Origin: Antedon mediterranea
Lineage: Eukaryota; Animalia; Echinodermata
Direction: 5' to 3'
DNA: 64,000 nt
Assembly (NCBI RefSeq): GCF_964355755.1
Contig: NC_092673.1
Coordinates: forward strand, 24,053,648 to 24,117,647
The position numbers were made by a program, and so were the translations under genes. Under the pieces are notes generated by a model, which made no database searches, was not told the DNA's origin, and saw only the letters and a list, made by a program, of their open reading frames with translations. Below are positions 12,196 to 25,402 of the stretch, one piece after another; the stretch's first letter is position 1, and each line of letters begins with the position of its first letter.

Positions 12196-14902
12196 TAAAA
12201 CTTCAGCTGTAGAATATGACATTATATGGCGTCATTGTTGATCATTTTATCAGTCCAGTTATTTGTAACCCTCTATATAACGACCACTGTTATGATGATG
12301 GTGTCTTGTATGTGACTTGGTTTCTAATTAGAAACAAAACTGATAATCTCGGGCACTGAAGACTTACTTTATTTTTGTTATGGATTGTTTCGGTCTTTAA
12401 TTAGACATACATCGTAACCTGTACTTTTGATGCGTTTATATTCAAAGAATTGATATCGAAAGTTCAGTTCTTATGTTATTAATACGCTATACTTTATACG
12501 CATGCGCAGTTTAATTAAATGGTGACTAAATATTGCGTACTAATTTTAGTAGTAGTATAGTAGGTTTTGTTTTGCCGCATGACGTTTGTTATTCCTTCTA
12601 GGCCTAAATGTCCTATAACATTTATTTGCTTCTCCATATACATGTTGGGCTCCACCGAGGCGGCAAATCGTACATAATACACACTTTAATACATACATAC
12701 ATACTCCAACGCATGCGCAAATAATTGGTGACTAAATATTGCGTACTGTTTTTAGTAATACAGGTTTTGTTTTTAATAGATTCTGCCGCATGCATTTTTC
12801 TATTCCTTCCTATGACACATTGAACTTCAGGACATTTTAATGTAACAGTAACTAACTATAATACCAAGGTATTTAGCAGCAGATGAACCAGTTTTCTGTC
12901 TTTCAATTTTGATTGTCATCAATTTTACTGCTTTACGAACAGTTACATTCATATCGCCTTATTATGTACCTAGTTATTTCGTAATATTTTTACTTTGAGT
13001 TTTTAGAGTTTCATGTGAATCAAAACAAAATGTGTATTCAAAATAAATTGATTTTTTTATCAAAGTAAAGTAGTAAACACTTCATTATTATGCCATACAT
13101 GTAATTTTTTAAATATGAAATGAATCCGTTATTCTTACATTTGTTCGATAAACAGCTGTTCTAATTTTAAATTTCTATTAGGTTTATGACTGAAATTGGC
13201 TTGGTATAAAAAACAATAAACCTTATTTATGGAATAATAATAATGATGAAACTATGTTAGAATTGATATGATAACCATCTGACTTGAGCCTAATGTTGCC
13301 TAAGAAAGACCTGATTATTTTAATCATAATCAGATTTATTTTATACAGCTGAAGGTGTGCTAAATAACTGTGTTAAAATATTTGTTTACCATTATATGGG
13401 GATATTTTAGTTAGTTTTAATATGTTGAATGGTTAAAGAAGGGATTTAATATTACCACCTTGATGAATAGAATAATGTGTTTTTAGTTGTTTTTAAAAAC
13501 CATTGTATTGTTAAAAAAAACATCTTGTATAATGATTGTCAGAAATTATTGGAAGTGGGTATTTCTAAACAACATTATTAATATGTGAAGTGATTACTTA
13601 GTACAGATTTCTGTAGCATAATCTATGAATTGTGAACTTATGATATGAACTATTAATCAAAACAAAACCAATTAATTATGCAAAGACATGTTTCTATATG
13701 TAACTCTTTGAACCTTGACCCGTAATTCTAGATTTCCGTGAAAATCAAATGTAGAACAACAAGCGCTTCCTTCTTTAAAGACAGTTATTTACTGATTACA
13801 ATTAAATTGAAACTAGTATAGAATGAATATGAATTAAATACAAATCATTCAATGTTAAATGAATAAACACTGTCAACAGTGTGTTTTGTTATAGCAAAAA
13901 CAAACAAAAAACTTTTCCATTTTATTCTACATTTGAAAATTCTATACTGTTTTAAATGATTGTGTTAATATATATTTCGCTAAGATCTAAGCTGATATAC
14001 TTTAAAGCTAGTGGACAATGTAAGTTGCAGGTATTGCCCAATTAACCTCCATATTAAAATACATAAACGGATATCCTTATAAAACGTACTGCGTTCTATG
14101 GAATAAAAATTCATGTTTAGAACAAGATCTTACCTGTTGTATCAGTCAGTATTTATTGTTCTATTCAACCAAAAACTCCATTTCAAACTTGTCTTGTCTG
14201 GGACAACAAAAAACAGGCACATTTACCCGTCCTTCTTGGATTGTTACTCAGCTCTTTCAAAAGTGGTTGTCGAAATAGTAGAAATCTTCCGCGTATTCAA
14301 CAGAAGCAGCACAGGTCAGGATGCAAACGTTTGATAGTGACCTGGTTGTTTTATCCAGACGCCCAATTGCTAGTTTCCTGAATCTGCAACGGCTCCCGCC
14401 AAAATCTTGATTGCAGGCGATAAATGTAACACAATGACAATTAATCGCTTTTATGCAAATGGAATACAACGTTTCGTTGCGGCTTTTTGCAGTTTTTTTA
14501 ATTATTATATATAATAAGATAAGAATCCGAGTTTAAAATATTTTGACTTGATTTTTTTTTATAAACAATACAGACCTCGGTGGTTGAGTCATTTCGAGGG
14601 ACACTCTTCAATGCCAAGTGCATTTGACAGAAACGTGTCTGCATACATACACGAAAAAAGTGAAACAACGATGAATCCAAAAACGTTTTGAGATTTTGTT
14701 CTTGAAAACATTATATATAATATGATCTAGATGAAAGTTCTTTTTTTATTTCTTTATTCGAATTCACAAAAACACAACATATAAAATACAAAGAATGAAT
14801 TAAAGGTAACACAAAAAAGTAACCAAAGGTCTAACTTATTTCCATTGTGGCCTTTTACTGTTTAAATTTGTATTTTATTTAAGCTATAAACTTATTAACT
14901 AA

Positions 14903-14942
14903 AGGCTAATTTACACAGACGAGCGGTAACGGTAATACTAAT
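14903..14942. mobile_element. Left terminus of a family-A Harbinger-type element
   Basis: TAA|AGGCTAATTTACACAGACGAGCGGTAACGGTAATACTAAT. It matches the left end of 5673-5856 and is the near-perfect inverse of 41704-41736. Confidence 0.75.
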
Positions 14943-15552
14943 TGTCACGCCCAGATTGAAGTTAACTATAATATAGCTACTGGTCAGGATGCAAACGTTT
15001 GATAGTGACCTGGTTGCTTTATCCAGACGCCCAATTGCTAGTTTCCTGAATCTGCAACGGCTCCCGCCAAAATCTTGATTGCAGGCGATAAATGTAACAC
15101 AATGACAATTAATCGCTGTTATGCAAATGGAATACAACGTTTCGTTGCGGTGCTACTGAATGGCTACTGGAGAACGCAATTAAAAGTGTACAGATATATA
15201 ATGTTAGCAACTGAATGTATTTATTTCTTTGTCCGCCGACCACTTCTTCGTGGACTTGTTCACTACCAATTACAATCCAATCATACATAAACAATCATGT
15301 GTATACTCGGCTTGGTTTACTACAAATGGCGGTCAGACAGTTACGTATTGGTACCAACTTCAGCCCAACGGGAAGCATATGGTCAATCTGTATTATTGCT
15401 GAGGTGCGACACCTCTCTTCTCTACAAGGTTGATGTGAGGTGTAATTACTACATTCCTCCGCAATTCTTTTATACGGTAATACACCTGACTAGTTTTATG
15501 CAAATTACCCTTTGCGTTTAATTTTAAATACCCGTCACTTTTGACTGTGACA
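14943..15552 (-). mobile_element. Solo LTR (610 bp) with 5-bp TSD
   Basis: Starts TGTCAC and ends GTGACA, flanked by CTAAT (14938-14942 and 15553-15557). Removing it restores a continuous array unit. TATAAAA (~15470) and AATAAA (~15222) on the - strand suggest its orientation. Confidence 0.75.
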
Positions 15553-17082
15553 CTAATATAGAATGTATCTATGTTATTCCTTATGCCCATTCACACACAA
15601 CGCGGCGCAGACGGGCGGTAACGGTAATACTAATATAGAATGTATCTATGTTATTCCTTATGCTCATTCACACACAACGCGGCGCAGACGAGCGGTAACG
15701 GTAATACTAATATAGAATGTATCTAGGTTATTCCTTATGCCTATTTACACACAACGCGGCGCAGACGAGCGGTAACGGTAATACTAATATAGAATGTATC
15801 TAGGTTATTCCTTATGCCCATTCACACACAACGCGGCGCAGACGAGCGATAACGGTAATACTAATATAGAATGTATCTATGTTATTCCTTATGCTCATTT
15901 ACACACAACGCGGCGCAGACGAGCGGTAACGGTAATACTAATATAGAATGTATCTAGGTTATTCCTTATGCTCATTTACACACAACGCGGCGCAGACGGG
16001 CGGTAACGGTAATACTAATATAGAATGTATCTATGTTATTCCTTATGCTCATTCACACACAACGCGGCGCAGACGGGCGGTAACGGTAATACTAATATAG
16101 AATGTATCTATGTTATTCCTTATGCTCATTCACACACAACGCGGCGCAGACGGGCGGTAACGGTAATACTAATATAGAATGTATCTAGGTTATTCCTTAT
16201 GCTCATTCACACACAACGCGGCGCAGACGGGCGGTAACGGTAATACTAATATAGAATGTATCTAGGTTATTCCTTATGCTCATTCACACACAACGCGGCG
16301 CAGACGGGCGGTAACGGTAATACTAATATAGAATGTATCTATGTTATTCCTTATGCTCATTTACACACAACGCGGCGCAGACGGGCGGTAACGGTAATAC
16401 TAATATAGAATGTATCTAGGTTATTCCTTATGCCCATTCACACACAACGCGGCGCAGACGGGCGGTAACGATAATACTAATATAGAATGTATCTAGGTTA
16501 TTCCTTATGCTCATTTACACACAACGCGGCGCAGACGGGCGGTAACGGTAATACTAATATAGAATGTATCTATGTTATTCCTTATGCTCATTCACACACA
16601 ACGCGGCGCAGACGAGCGGTAACGGTAATACTAATATAGAATGTATCTAGGTTATTCCTTATGCTCATTTACACACAACGCGGCGCAGACGGGCGGTAAC
16701 GGTAATACTAATATAGAATGTATCTATGTTATTCCTTATGCTCATTCACACACAACGCGGCGCAGGCGGGCGGTAACGGTAATACTAATATAGAATGTAT
16801 CTATGTTATTCCTTATGCCCATTCACACACAACGCGGCGCAGACGAGCGGTAACGGTAATACTAATATAGAATGTATCTAGGTTATTCCTTATGCTCATT
16901 TACACACAACGCGGCGCAGACGGGCGGTAACGGTAATACTAATATAGAATGTATCTAGGTTATTCCTTATGCCCATTCACACACAACGCGGCGCAGACGG
17001 GCGGTAACGGTAATACTAATATAGAATGTATCTATGTTATTCCTTATGCCCATTTACACACAACGCGGCGCAGGCGGGCGGT
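15553..17082. repeat. Tandem array, 77-bp unit x ~20
   Basis: Unit TAATACTAATATAGAATGTATCTA(T/G)GTTATTCCTTATGC(T/C)CATT(C/T)ACACACAACGCGGCGCAGACG(G/A)GCGGTAACGG. CGCGGCGCAG recurs at 15601, 15678, 15755 ... 17064 (19 x 77 bp). Confidence 0.97.
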
Positions 17083-17235
17083 ATCTGGTATTCATAACTA
17101 AATATACATCAATTTTACAAGATAATCTAAAACGTGATATTAATGTTCTATACTTAAAACTTAAATCATAAACATAATGTTCGTAAAAATGTTTTCATTG
17201 ATTAAAATATAAAACCACATATAACCACAACCTGA

Positions 17236-18892
17236 TTGTTGTGCGACTTTTTTAACTTATCTTTAGAAAAAGGCATTTTACCAAAACAGTGGAAAACTGC
17301 TAATGTTGTACCTGTTTTCAAAAAGCATGGAAAACCTAAAGTTGATTTTAAGAGTTACAGACCTGTGTCTTTAACACCAATTGTTTGTAAAATTATGGAG
17401 AAACTTGTGTGTACCCGAATCAATAATTTCTTAGAGGCTAATAGTATATTATCAGATAATCAGTTTGGTTTTAGACATGCTTATAGTACTGAATTGTTAC
17501 TCACTAAGGCGTTTCATTCATGGGCTCAAAGTTTAGATGCAAAAAATTGTAAGCAAGTAGATGTAATTTTCTTAGATTTTTCATCTGCTTTTGATAAAAT
17601 ACCCCATAATCGTCTGATTAAGAAACTTAACAATATTGGCTTAAACAAAGGTTTAAATAAATGGATCCAGGATTCTAAATAGAAAACAAAGAGTTTTCTA
17701 TAGAGGTGAAATATCGCATTGGAAGAATGTAATATCAGGGGTACCCCAGGGGTCAGTTCTTGGCCCTCTTTTGTTTCTATTGTATGTGAGTGATCTTGAA
17801 TATGGTATAGAATCTTCAATTTTTCAATTTGCAGATGACAATACCATTTCAAGACCTATTCATAAATTAGAAGACTGTATAAAGTTACAGAGTGATTTAA
17901 ATAAGATTTATGAATGGTCAGTTTTAAATAAACTACCATTAAATGCATCAAAATGTGCAGCAATGAGTTTATCCAGGTGTAAAGATCCCATCATATTTGC
18001 TTACGATATCAATTCCGATTCAACGGAAAGAGTCCATGAATTCAAACTACTTGGTGTATATATCAACAGTAAATTAACATGCCACTCTCATGTAGATTAT
18101 GTTTGTAGTAAGGCAAGCAAACTTCTTGGTTTTGTTTCAAGATGTAGTAAAGCAATGTCTTGGATGGCAATGCTAAATCTTTACAAAGCACTAATACTAC
18201 CTGTTGTGACTTACTGTTGTATGTGGGCACCTACTGAAATATCTCATATGTATAAACTTGAAAGGGTTCAGAGAAAGGCCACTAGAATAATTATGTACAG
18301 AAAAGAAGGAAATTGGGACACTTCATATTTATATAGGTTAAAGACCCTAAATATTTTAAGTATTGAAGATATATTTAAAGTGTATAGACTCACATTAGGT
18401 TTTAAAATAATGCATGGCCTCTGTCCATCATCCTTTAATGAGTTTGTGAGATCAAGTGAGAGGTGTGAAGGGCGGTTAATACATTGGAAGGCAAAGACCA
18501 ATACATTTTTAAATTCATCGTTTGTTATTTTCCCTAGATTATGGGAGCAACTTCCCAATGAAATTAAACAATGTGCTACAATTTCAGACTTTAAAGCCCA
18601 ACTCATCAAACATTTGATCTCAAAATATTAAGTTGTACTGTAATTGTTTATATTGTTTATTCAATGCAGCTTATTTTTAATTGGTGTATCTCATTATAAC
18701 TTTGTTTTGTTTTGTTTTATTTTGACTTAATTTGTGCTACCTAGTTTTGTTATTTTTGTATTTTATAAGTAATGATGGAGTAAGAGCAGTTTTCTGTTTG
18801 GGCTCATGCCTATTACTTGCTCCTGGCAAGATGAATTGTAAAATGTACTTTATGAACTTTTGCCGAATAAATATTATTATTATTATTATTAT
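17236..18892 (+). mobile_element. 5'-truncated non-LTR retrotransposon (CR1/L2/Jockey group); RT pseudogene with one frameshift
   Basis: PKQWKTANVVPVFKK..YRPVSLTPIVCKIME..QFGFR..DVIFLDFSSAFDKIPH, a frameshift near 17675, then NRKQRV..SGVPQGSVLGPLLF..FADD..LERVQRKATR to the stop at 18631. The 3' UTR ends in AATAAA plus a (TAT)n tail. Confidence 0.93.
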
Positions 18893-19452
18893 AACCGAAA
18901 TTACCCAGAAGATGTTTTATTTCGAACGTTCAACAGTTCTTGCTTTTTTCCGCCCACGATCTTTGAGTTTGGTAGCATATATTTAGTAATCTATTATTTT
19001 CCATTTTATAAATTTTATCCAATACTTGATCATTCTCTTTATTACTTATTTCAAACGGTACCATATCTAAAAATATATTGATTAGATTAAATTACCGTAA
19101 ATGTGTTAAATTGTATCTTTCTTGTGTCCATTTGTATGAGCTTTTATTGTTATGATCGTGAAGCCAAGTAATTATAATGACAACAATTGGATTGCTTTTT
19201 TATTATAAACACATTTTTTATTTGAATAGGCATTGTCCAATAAAATAATCCTTTCGATTTATATTGCTATTTTATTACATGTTTGACTCTACTTTATGGA
19301 TTTTGCATTTTCTACTTGTATTTTGATCTGTCTTACTTCAACAAACAGCTCTTCAACTTCTAAACAGCTCTTCTAACAAATAGATAACTGATAGTAATTT
19401 CACATAATATAGCGTAGTGTAGAATCTCACTTCACTCGTACAGCCGGTGATC

Positions 19453-22400
19453 ATGATGCTCGTTCACACAGCAGATATTATGTGTACAATTTTGGTTGGT
19501 CTAAGTTTAGTCAGCTCTGTGACATGTAAGTAAATATCAGTATCTATTAATACTAAACTATCAAAGTTTATGTGACACATGATGGTGTACCCATATATGA
19601 ACATGATGATGTCATATCACTACCATATTTGGACATATCACTACCATATTTGGGCACACCATGCTTTTTTGTCAGACTAGTTTGATAGTGTAGACAGAGG
19701 TTTAGTAGCAGCTACTACTTTAGTAGTTAGGTTTCTTGCCATTTTTATTTTTTAATCCAAGACAGTTTTATGGTATAGTTTATTTTTAAATAAATTCTGG
19801 AAGTTTTGAGTGTTAGTGGCTTTTTAAAGTTAAGGTTTACCTTAAGAGGCGCCTCTGTGTAAAATATTGAACGAAAAAACATGAGAAAAAAAAGCCCGTA
19901 AAATTGGTTTAGAATTGTAAAATCCAATTTACGCTAATGTGGTTGTAAATAGACTATTGAGACTTTGTTTAGTAATTATTAAAGATGTATTGTCCTTAAA
20001 AAACATGAAAAATGAAGATTAATAAAATCAGACCTTTAAAGATGTATTGTCCCCCTGAAAAAATAATTCAACAACAAAATTGTTGTTGATTATTCCATTT
20101 TAAAGTAACATAATAGTTGTACACTTTTAACAAAAAAATTGGATCGAAAAAATGTATTTATTTGAAAACTGTGATTTAAAGCAAAAAATTGCCAAATTGG
20201 CTGCCAGCCAGTGTTTTTTTTTGGTAGAATTTAACAATTTATCTATATATAAATTTACGTAAGGGCAAAATTCGGTAAATCGCGCGTTACTTCTAGAATG
20301 TTTACTCGATGGTATAATAAAGTTGGTTCGTACTTTCGGTACTGATTTTAACCACCTGATGTAACCCTGTTTACTAATTAAATTGAGTCAGATAATTAGT
20401 TATTGACAATTAAAACGAATTTAGGTTCAACGATTTGCCCCAAATAGGGGTGTTTTCCGATCGTGGTATACACTGTCTAATGCATGTCCATCGTGAAAAA
20501 TACCCGCATACAATAATACGAGGATGCTTCGCATTTTCCTATCTCCTCCTACGATAATTGTTTTTAATGGCTGAAAACCGGTTGAACAGCTCGAGTACAG
20601 CATCATAATGTTGAAGACAGGCCGATTTTCTTTAAAAAATACTATTTTGATAGATTTAATATACGTTTATACAAATGTATTGATTTGCAATGAATGGAAC
20701 ATTCCAAATTATTTGGTTTAACCATACTTGCATACCTCCATGGTTTAAAACAAGTAGGTAAATTTATAGACCCTTGGAGAATAAACAGAAATAGTATTGT
20801 AATGCTATACAATACTGCAAATAGGTATTAACCACGTTTGATCGCCATTTGAATCAAGAGTGTGTTGGTACTGTTAGATATAATATAAACAAATATACTA
20901 ATAAACTTTATCACTGTGAGTGTGGGTAGCCCCTACTTTTAGATTATAAACACATAATAATATAATACTTTAATACTGTCAGTTGTTTCTCAACATTTGT
21001 ATTAATTAATAATTACAAAAATATAAACGTATTAGTGGTCTTTAAAGGTACTTTACTATTTCAATCGACCATGAGACAGTGACAGTTTTAATAAAGTATT
21101 AAATCGGAAATGTTTTACTCTATTTAGTGGTATATTATTTATAGGCCTATAAAAAAATATTTCGTTACTGAGTGGATAACAAAGAAATATAAAGAATAAT
21201 TTAATATAAAGAATATATTAAAAAAATTTTCCTTTTTGTACCTATCCTCATCCCCACCGCTCAACTCTAATGTTAGATACAAAACCCTAAACTCTAATAG
21301 ATACAAAATTGGGTTTGTTTAAATCAGTACAAATAACAAATTTGAACTCATTTTGTGACAAGTTTCTAGGTGCTAATTGTGGTTGACTACATAAATCATT
21401 GTGTCTATTTGTTTCTGTAAACGACAATGTTTTATAGTCTTGCCGTACGTACATTTAAAATCGCCATTTTTTTTACGCTGAAATTACTATGTATTCGAGA
21501 ACCATCTGTGGGCACGAACTAGATGGTACGCGAGCGAAGCGAGCGTACCATCTAGTTTAGTAAATTTATAGGTAAAAACATTATTTTTTCTATGGAAGTG
21601 ATTAACTTTATCAAAACTACAAATTAACATATTCAAAGTCTGATTTAATTAATCTTCATTTTTCATGTTTTTGGGGGACAATACATCTTTAATTGGCCAT
21701 TTTTCAGTTTCAATTAAGTTATTCACCTCTGTACAAAGAAAAAAAACACCTTGGGAGCAATATATCTTTAATTAATGTAAATTTGTACTCAATTGGGTTA
21801 TTTTACCGTCTGTTATTTGTTATGTGGAGTTCATACATTAACGACCAAATAGATATCATTACACTTTACATATATTTTTTCTAAGGTGTAACGCCAGGTT
21901 TAAAATCAAAGGTTTTTACTTTAACTAACCGAAATAATGATCTGGTAACAAACGTTGTTGAGATACCCACTGCTATTCGCTGCGCTCAACACTGCCTACG
22001 AATTGGAGATTACACATGTGAATATATAATAATTAAGGAAGGAAACAGAAATTGTGAATTTAAGAAAGAAGCAAGTACATTTAAATCTGGAGTGTATTTG
22101 GAATATAAAGTCACAGTAAGTAATGCGTAAACTATTATATTATTATAATTTCTTTTTAAAATCATAAATACCAAATCAATCATTTCAAATTTAGTAAATG
22201 CGTTATGACCTTATAGGTACTAGATGAAATACCCATCCAGAGGGTGTACCTCTTCCATACCACACCATACCTCCCCCTCCACTGCAGTAGTTTAAAAGCT
22301 TCCCCTCCCTGGATGCGCAAATAAGAAAAATGTGTATACCTATGAACAAACGTACGTTCGCTTTCTTATATAGGTATGGGACGGAATTGTTGTTAAAATA

Positions 22401-23291
22401 TCACGTGATGTAAATTATGACGAAGCGTCTACTGAATGTCGTCGTTTGAAAGGATTTCTTGCTCCTTACGAAATACTGATATCTGCCATCAAGTACGGAA
22501 TGAAATTGACGTGTGATATCTGTTGGCTGATTAGTGGTGAGGTAACGTTCAGTAACGACCAGACAACGTGTGAACTCGTTAATCCAGATCTGCGTTGTAA
22601 TCTTTATCCGGATCGTGCAGCATTATATTCCTGTTTCTATTGTTACATAAACTCTATCATCATGCCTTTTGGAATAGACTACCATTCTAACTGCAGAATA
22701 CTGCATATTAGCTATGATAGCACACAGGGATATCACTACGCTGATGCAGAAACACGCTGTAGAGATGAGTTTAACGGACACCTTGCGTTACCATTGGAGC
22801 TGTATAACGTTAGCGTAAATGGTGTTAAGACGTGCGCGAAATCTTGGTTTTCAGGCAACCAAAAATCGAAAGCTGACTTAGAAAAAGATGTGTGTTGGGA
22901 AAACGCAATAACGGGAAATAAATTTAGAATTGTCAATCCCGACATTTATTACCAGCAAGCCTATTGTTCATTGTTAAATGTGGAACCGAGTGCTTACCCA
23001 TATCCAGATCATGGTATAATACATGTTATTCCGACAGATTCAGATGGTGCTGACTTAACATACTGGCAGGCAATGCAAAAGTGTACAGAAATCGGCGGTT
23101 CTCTTGCCTCTAAAAACCAGATGAGAGCAGCTAACGAAGCTGGCTATCAACAACTTAGAAGAGGATGGATCAAAGACAAATACGTTGCATATTCGTGTTT
23201 AAGTAACTGTAGCCCAATTGGAGCTGAATTTTCAGGACCGAAATCTGGATCTTTAAAGTATGATGCATTTTGTCACGTTCCAAAATCTTAA
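19453..23291 (+). CDS. Secreted PAN/apple-like + three Link-module/C-type-lectin-fold protein, copy A (~406 aa); exons 19453-19525, 21886-22115, 22374-23291
   Basis: Exon 1 is a hydrophobic signal peptide (MMLVHTADIMCTILVGLSLVSSVT, phase 1). Exon 2 has TAIRCAQHC..C..C (PAN-like, phase 1 to 0). Exon 3 has three repeats of Y-x2-A-x3-C-x3/4-G-x-LA, the last ending GWIKD..YDAFC like a Link module. All junctions are GT-AG and in frame. Confidence 0.85.
19555..19701. mobile_element. Family-B MITE, partial
   Basis: Same interior (ATCACTACCATATTTGG) and right TIR GATAGTGTAGACAGAG as 12054-12195. Confidence 0.7.
20040..21688. mobile_element. Non-autonomous TTAA-targeting DNA transposon (Kolobok-like) in intron 1 of Link gene A
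   Basis: TTAA|AGATGTATTGTCCCCC ... GGGGGACAATACATCT|TTAA. End fragments of the same family lie near 6252, 19983, 32215 and 57540. Confidence 0.8.
21518..21556 (+). mobile_element. Helitron/Helentron-like 3' hairpin terminus
   Basis: Perfect 14-bp stem ACTAGATGGTACGC / GCGTACCATCTAGT around GAGCGAAGCGA, ending CTAG|T. Confidence 0.55.
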
Positions 23292-23729
23292 TAAGTATAT
23301 GGTACCATTATCAGTTTTACAAATTCACCGATTGGTTGAATTGATTTTTTTTTTAAATGAACGCAACTCAACTCGACGTAAGCGCACCGCAAGTAATTTG
23401 ACCAATCATGACGCGCGCGTAGATCATCCGAAGAACTTGCGTTGGTGCGCCTATGCGTCGTTGAGTGGATTCAGGTGACATGCCACTTTACTGCGGCTCT
23501 TTTGATAAACAATATTTTACAATTTTTCTTCTTTAGTTCGATTATCACCCGGTTTTTTAAAAAACCTTTACGCATGTGAACTAAACTTTGTCGATAATTG
23601 TATATAAAATGTATTGTTATTAATAATTGCAATGAAGTATTTCAAAATTAAAATGTAAATCAATAACAATCTATAATGTCTAATTGCCTTCATATTGGCA
23701 ATATCACAATCCATCAATCAAATTCAATT

Positions 23730-24610
23730 AAGACTCTTGGTGTTATATTTGATGGTCAGTTAAGCATGTCAAATCAAGTGTCTGGCCTCTGCAGATCTGA
23801 AACCTTTATTTAATTATGTATACCAAATTCGTAGGTACGTATATTAACTGTAATGTTGTCTTGGAACGACTCGACTATTGTAATTCCTTACTTCATGGAA
23901 CATCTTGCAACGGAATCAAACGTCGTTAAGTTTTACAAAATAGGGGCAGCCAAGCTTTATATATATATATATATATATAAACTTTATTTATTCACGAGAC
24001 TGATGTACAGTACAACTCGTTTAATCAACATTGATTGTTTTTACACAAGTTCGTGATATTACACACTAATCCAACACCATATAAATACGAAAAAATTAAA
24101 GAAAAAACATTTTTTAAATTGAAAAGAAAAATTACAGCAAATTCCCTTCCATCTGACACCCCTATTTAGGGAACACAATACCTGTATTTCCCGCGTAAAC
24201 GGGAACCCCTATCCAGTGTCTCTTTCATAGGGATTCTACTGTAGTAGGCCTACATAATACATTTTTTGTTTTCATTTAATCTTAGAAGAATAGTAATAAT
24301 TAACACATTTCACATAGTATCAAGCCATTTTATGAGCTGGATGTACACCATTATAGATACCATACTATTATTTTTGCAATGCATTTTTCAGATACGTTTT
24401 AAACAACTTAACTGAAGTTGGGAGTGTATCTATATTGAGACCATCCAAGACAAACTTCGTTTTTTTAAATCGATTTTTGGCTTCGGGATGAATATCATTG
24501 TATGTAAACATATTATTTAGCTAGTTTTTAACTTGAGAAAGTTTGATTATGTGTCTCATTTATTTAAAGAACTTCAATGTCTTAAAATTGAACAGCGTAT
24601 AATCTTCCAT
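23730..24610 (+). mobile_element. Decayed L2-type LINE fragments
   Basis: ~23735 reads LGVIFDGQLSMSNQVSGLCRS and ~24538 reads KFDYVSHLFKELQCLKIEQRIIF. Both resemble the C-terminal region of L2/CR1 ORF2. Confidence 0.45.
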
Positions 24611-25198
24611 CGTTTATGTTAGTCATTGGAAATCAGTAAAATTCGTATCTTATAACATTATAAACAATGCATACCATTTTTTTTTTCATATTTCTCGACG
24701 CTTGTTACATTGAGCGGTAAAAATAGTTCATGTGCATCAAAATTAATTCTCTCTTTCCGCATTATATTTAGGATATGTCATAATTCTTTCATTTATAAAG
24801 CGCGTAGACACATTTGTTTTAGGCATTTGATATAAGCACTTTATTGTCACTATTATAACATAATAACGAAACTTAATAAAATATGACAAACAAGACCAAT
24901 ATCATTTATATTAAGTATTGTACAAGTATGGTTGTTAAATAGTTCGAAATTTGCTGATTAATGTTTGTTTTTGACTTTAACAGAAAATAAAACTGTTTGT
25001 GATTAATAGTGGTTGTATTGTTTCGTCACACATTATTATGCATAATTTTAATTACGCTAGCTTATACAGGTAACTCTGGAGTTCAGAACACCTTAGTCTA
25101 CCAGTAGGTTGATGTTGCACGTGAATGAAGAAGCTGGAGTGAGATTTCTGTTATTGAATGCCTGTGTTGGTTAATTTGGAATCTGGTATGAGCCGTTA

Positions 25199-25402
25199 AG
25201 CTTGGTTCCCACTAGTGACGCAACGTAACGCAATCTACGCAACGTAAGCAAATGCCCTTCTAATAATTATGTTTACCCCCTCCTGCGTGAAATCAAACCT
25301 GCGATGTTTGCAGCATTTTTGCGTCGTCGGTTCCCACTTGTGATTACGCAATACAACACTTCGTGTCGATACGTCGCGGTGTTGCATTCTAGTGGGAACC
25401 AC
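25199..25402. mobile_element. MITE (family C, GACGCAACG-rich; Harbinger-like)
   Basis: GGTTCCCACTAG ... CTAGTGGGAACC inverted ends. Related copies lie at ~23360-23475, 42558-42720, 42730-42872 and 46855-46990. Confidence 0.65.

Noticed and set aside
15553-17082. CRISPR-like array
   Set aside because: Units are contiguous and near-identical with no unique spacers. The context is eukaryotic and no cas genes are present.
17221-18896. ATAACC as TSD of the LINE
   Set aside because: It is only 6 bp, AT-rich, and not directly adjacent to the apparent 5' truncation point.
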